DNA of 63,806 nucleotides, the filler included, from Reclinomonas americana ATCC 50394 (Eukaryota), in NCBI GenBank assembly GCA_048213135.1. It is 6 parts of 5 records of this genome, joined end to end, with 100 filler letters (N's around TTAATTAATTAA, not from the genome) between each part and the next. Parts side by side here need not be neighbours in the genome. Positions count along the whole stretch, not along the records: positions 62,457 to 63,806 come from PS015617.1; 5 more parts are not named here. One strand, 5' to 3'. A program made the position numbers and the translations under genes. The notes beneath the pieces are model-generated. The model was not told the origin of the DNA. It made no database searches and saw nothing but the letters and a program-made list of their open reading frames with translations. Below, in pieces: positions 63,617 to 63,806 of the stretch; within the stretch, counting starts at the first letter, position 1; the number at the start of each line of letters is the position of its first letter.

Positions 63617-63806
63617 GTTGAGTTCCACTCACATTGCGCTCTCTTGTCTCCTCTCTCTCTCTCTTTCTCCATTGTGTGAATGTGAGTGTGAGTGTGTGAG
63701 TGAGAGACGTTCGCACGCACTTGTTTGTGACTCGGAGGAAAGATGCGAAGAGTGTGTCTCTGTTTGTCACATTCGACGCAAATGATGTGAGTGTGTTGTG
63801 TGTGTG

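Overview
Eukaryotic (protist-like) draft-assembly window with short spliceosomal introns, CA/GA microsatellites, many N gaps and artificial TTAATTAATTAA contig linkers. The organism cannot be identified from sequence alone. The main feature is a ~30 kb tandem array (~9.75-40.25 kb, unit ~3.1-3.4 kb, at least 9 distinct 3' ends). Each unit encodes a stand-alone 7-repeat WD40 protein. The repeats share a near-invariant scaffold with variation concentrated at a few predicted surface positions, appear shuffled between paralogues, and are followed by a conserved tail resembling a BC-box plus cullin-box. Next in the assembly, across a contig linker, are a related WD40 gene with a signal peptide and C-terminal TM helix, and a RING/TRAF-zinc-finger gene. 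Left of the array are an intron-containing phage-tail-fibre-like protein with a peptidase S74 autocleavage domain, a RING protein ending in a MYCBP2/Highwire-like Cys-rich module, and an EamA/DMT transporter. The right part holds mostly housekeeping genes: an EEF1AKMT1-like methyltransferase, a GNAT acetyltransferase, WDR41, ornithine aminotransferase, a Spg1/Tem1 GTPase and an actin-family fragment. Exon boundaries were inferred by eye, and family calls rest on recalled motifs rather than database searches.
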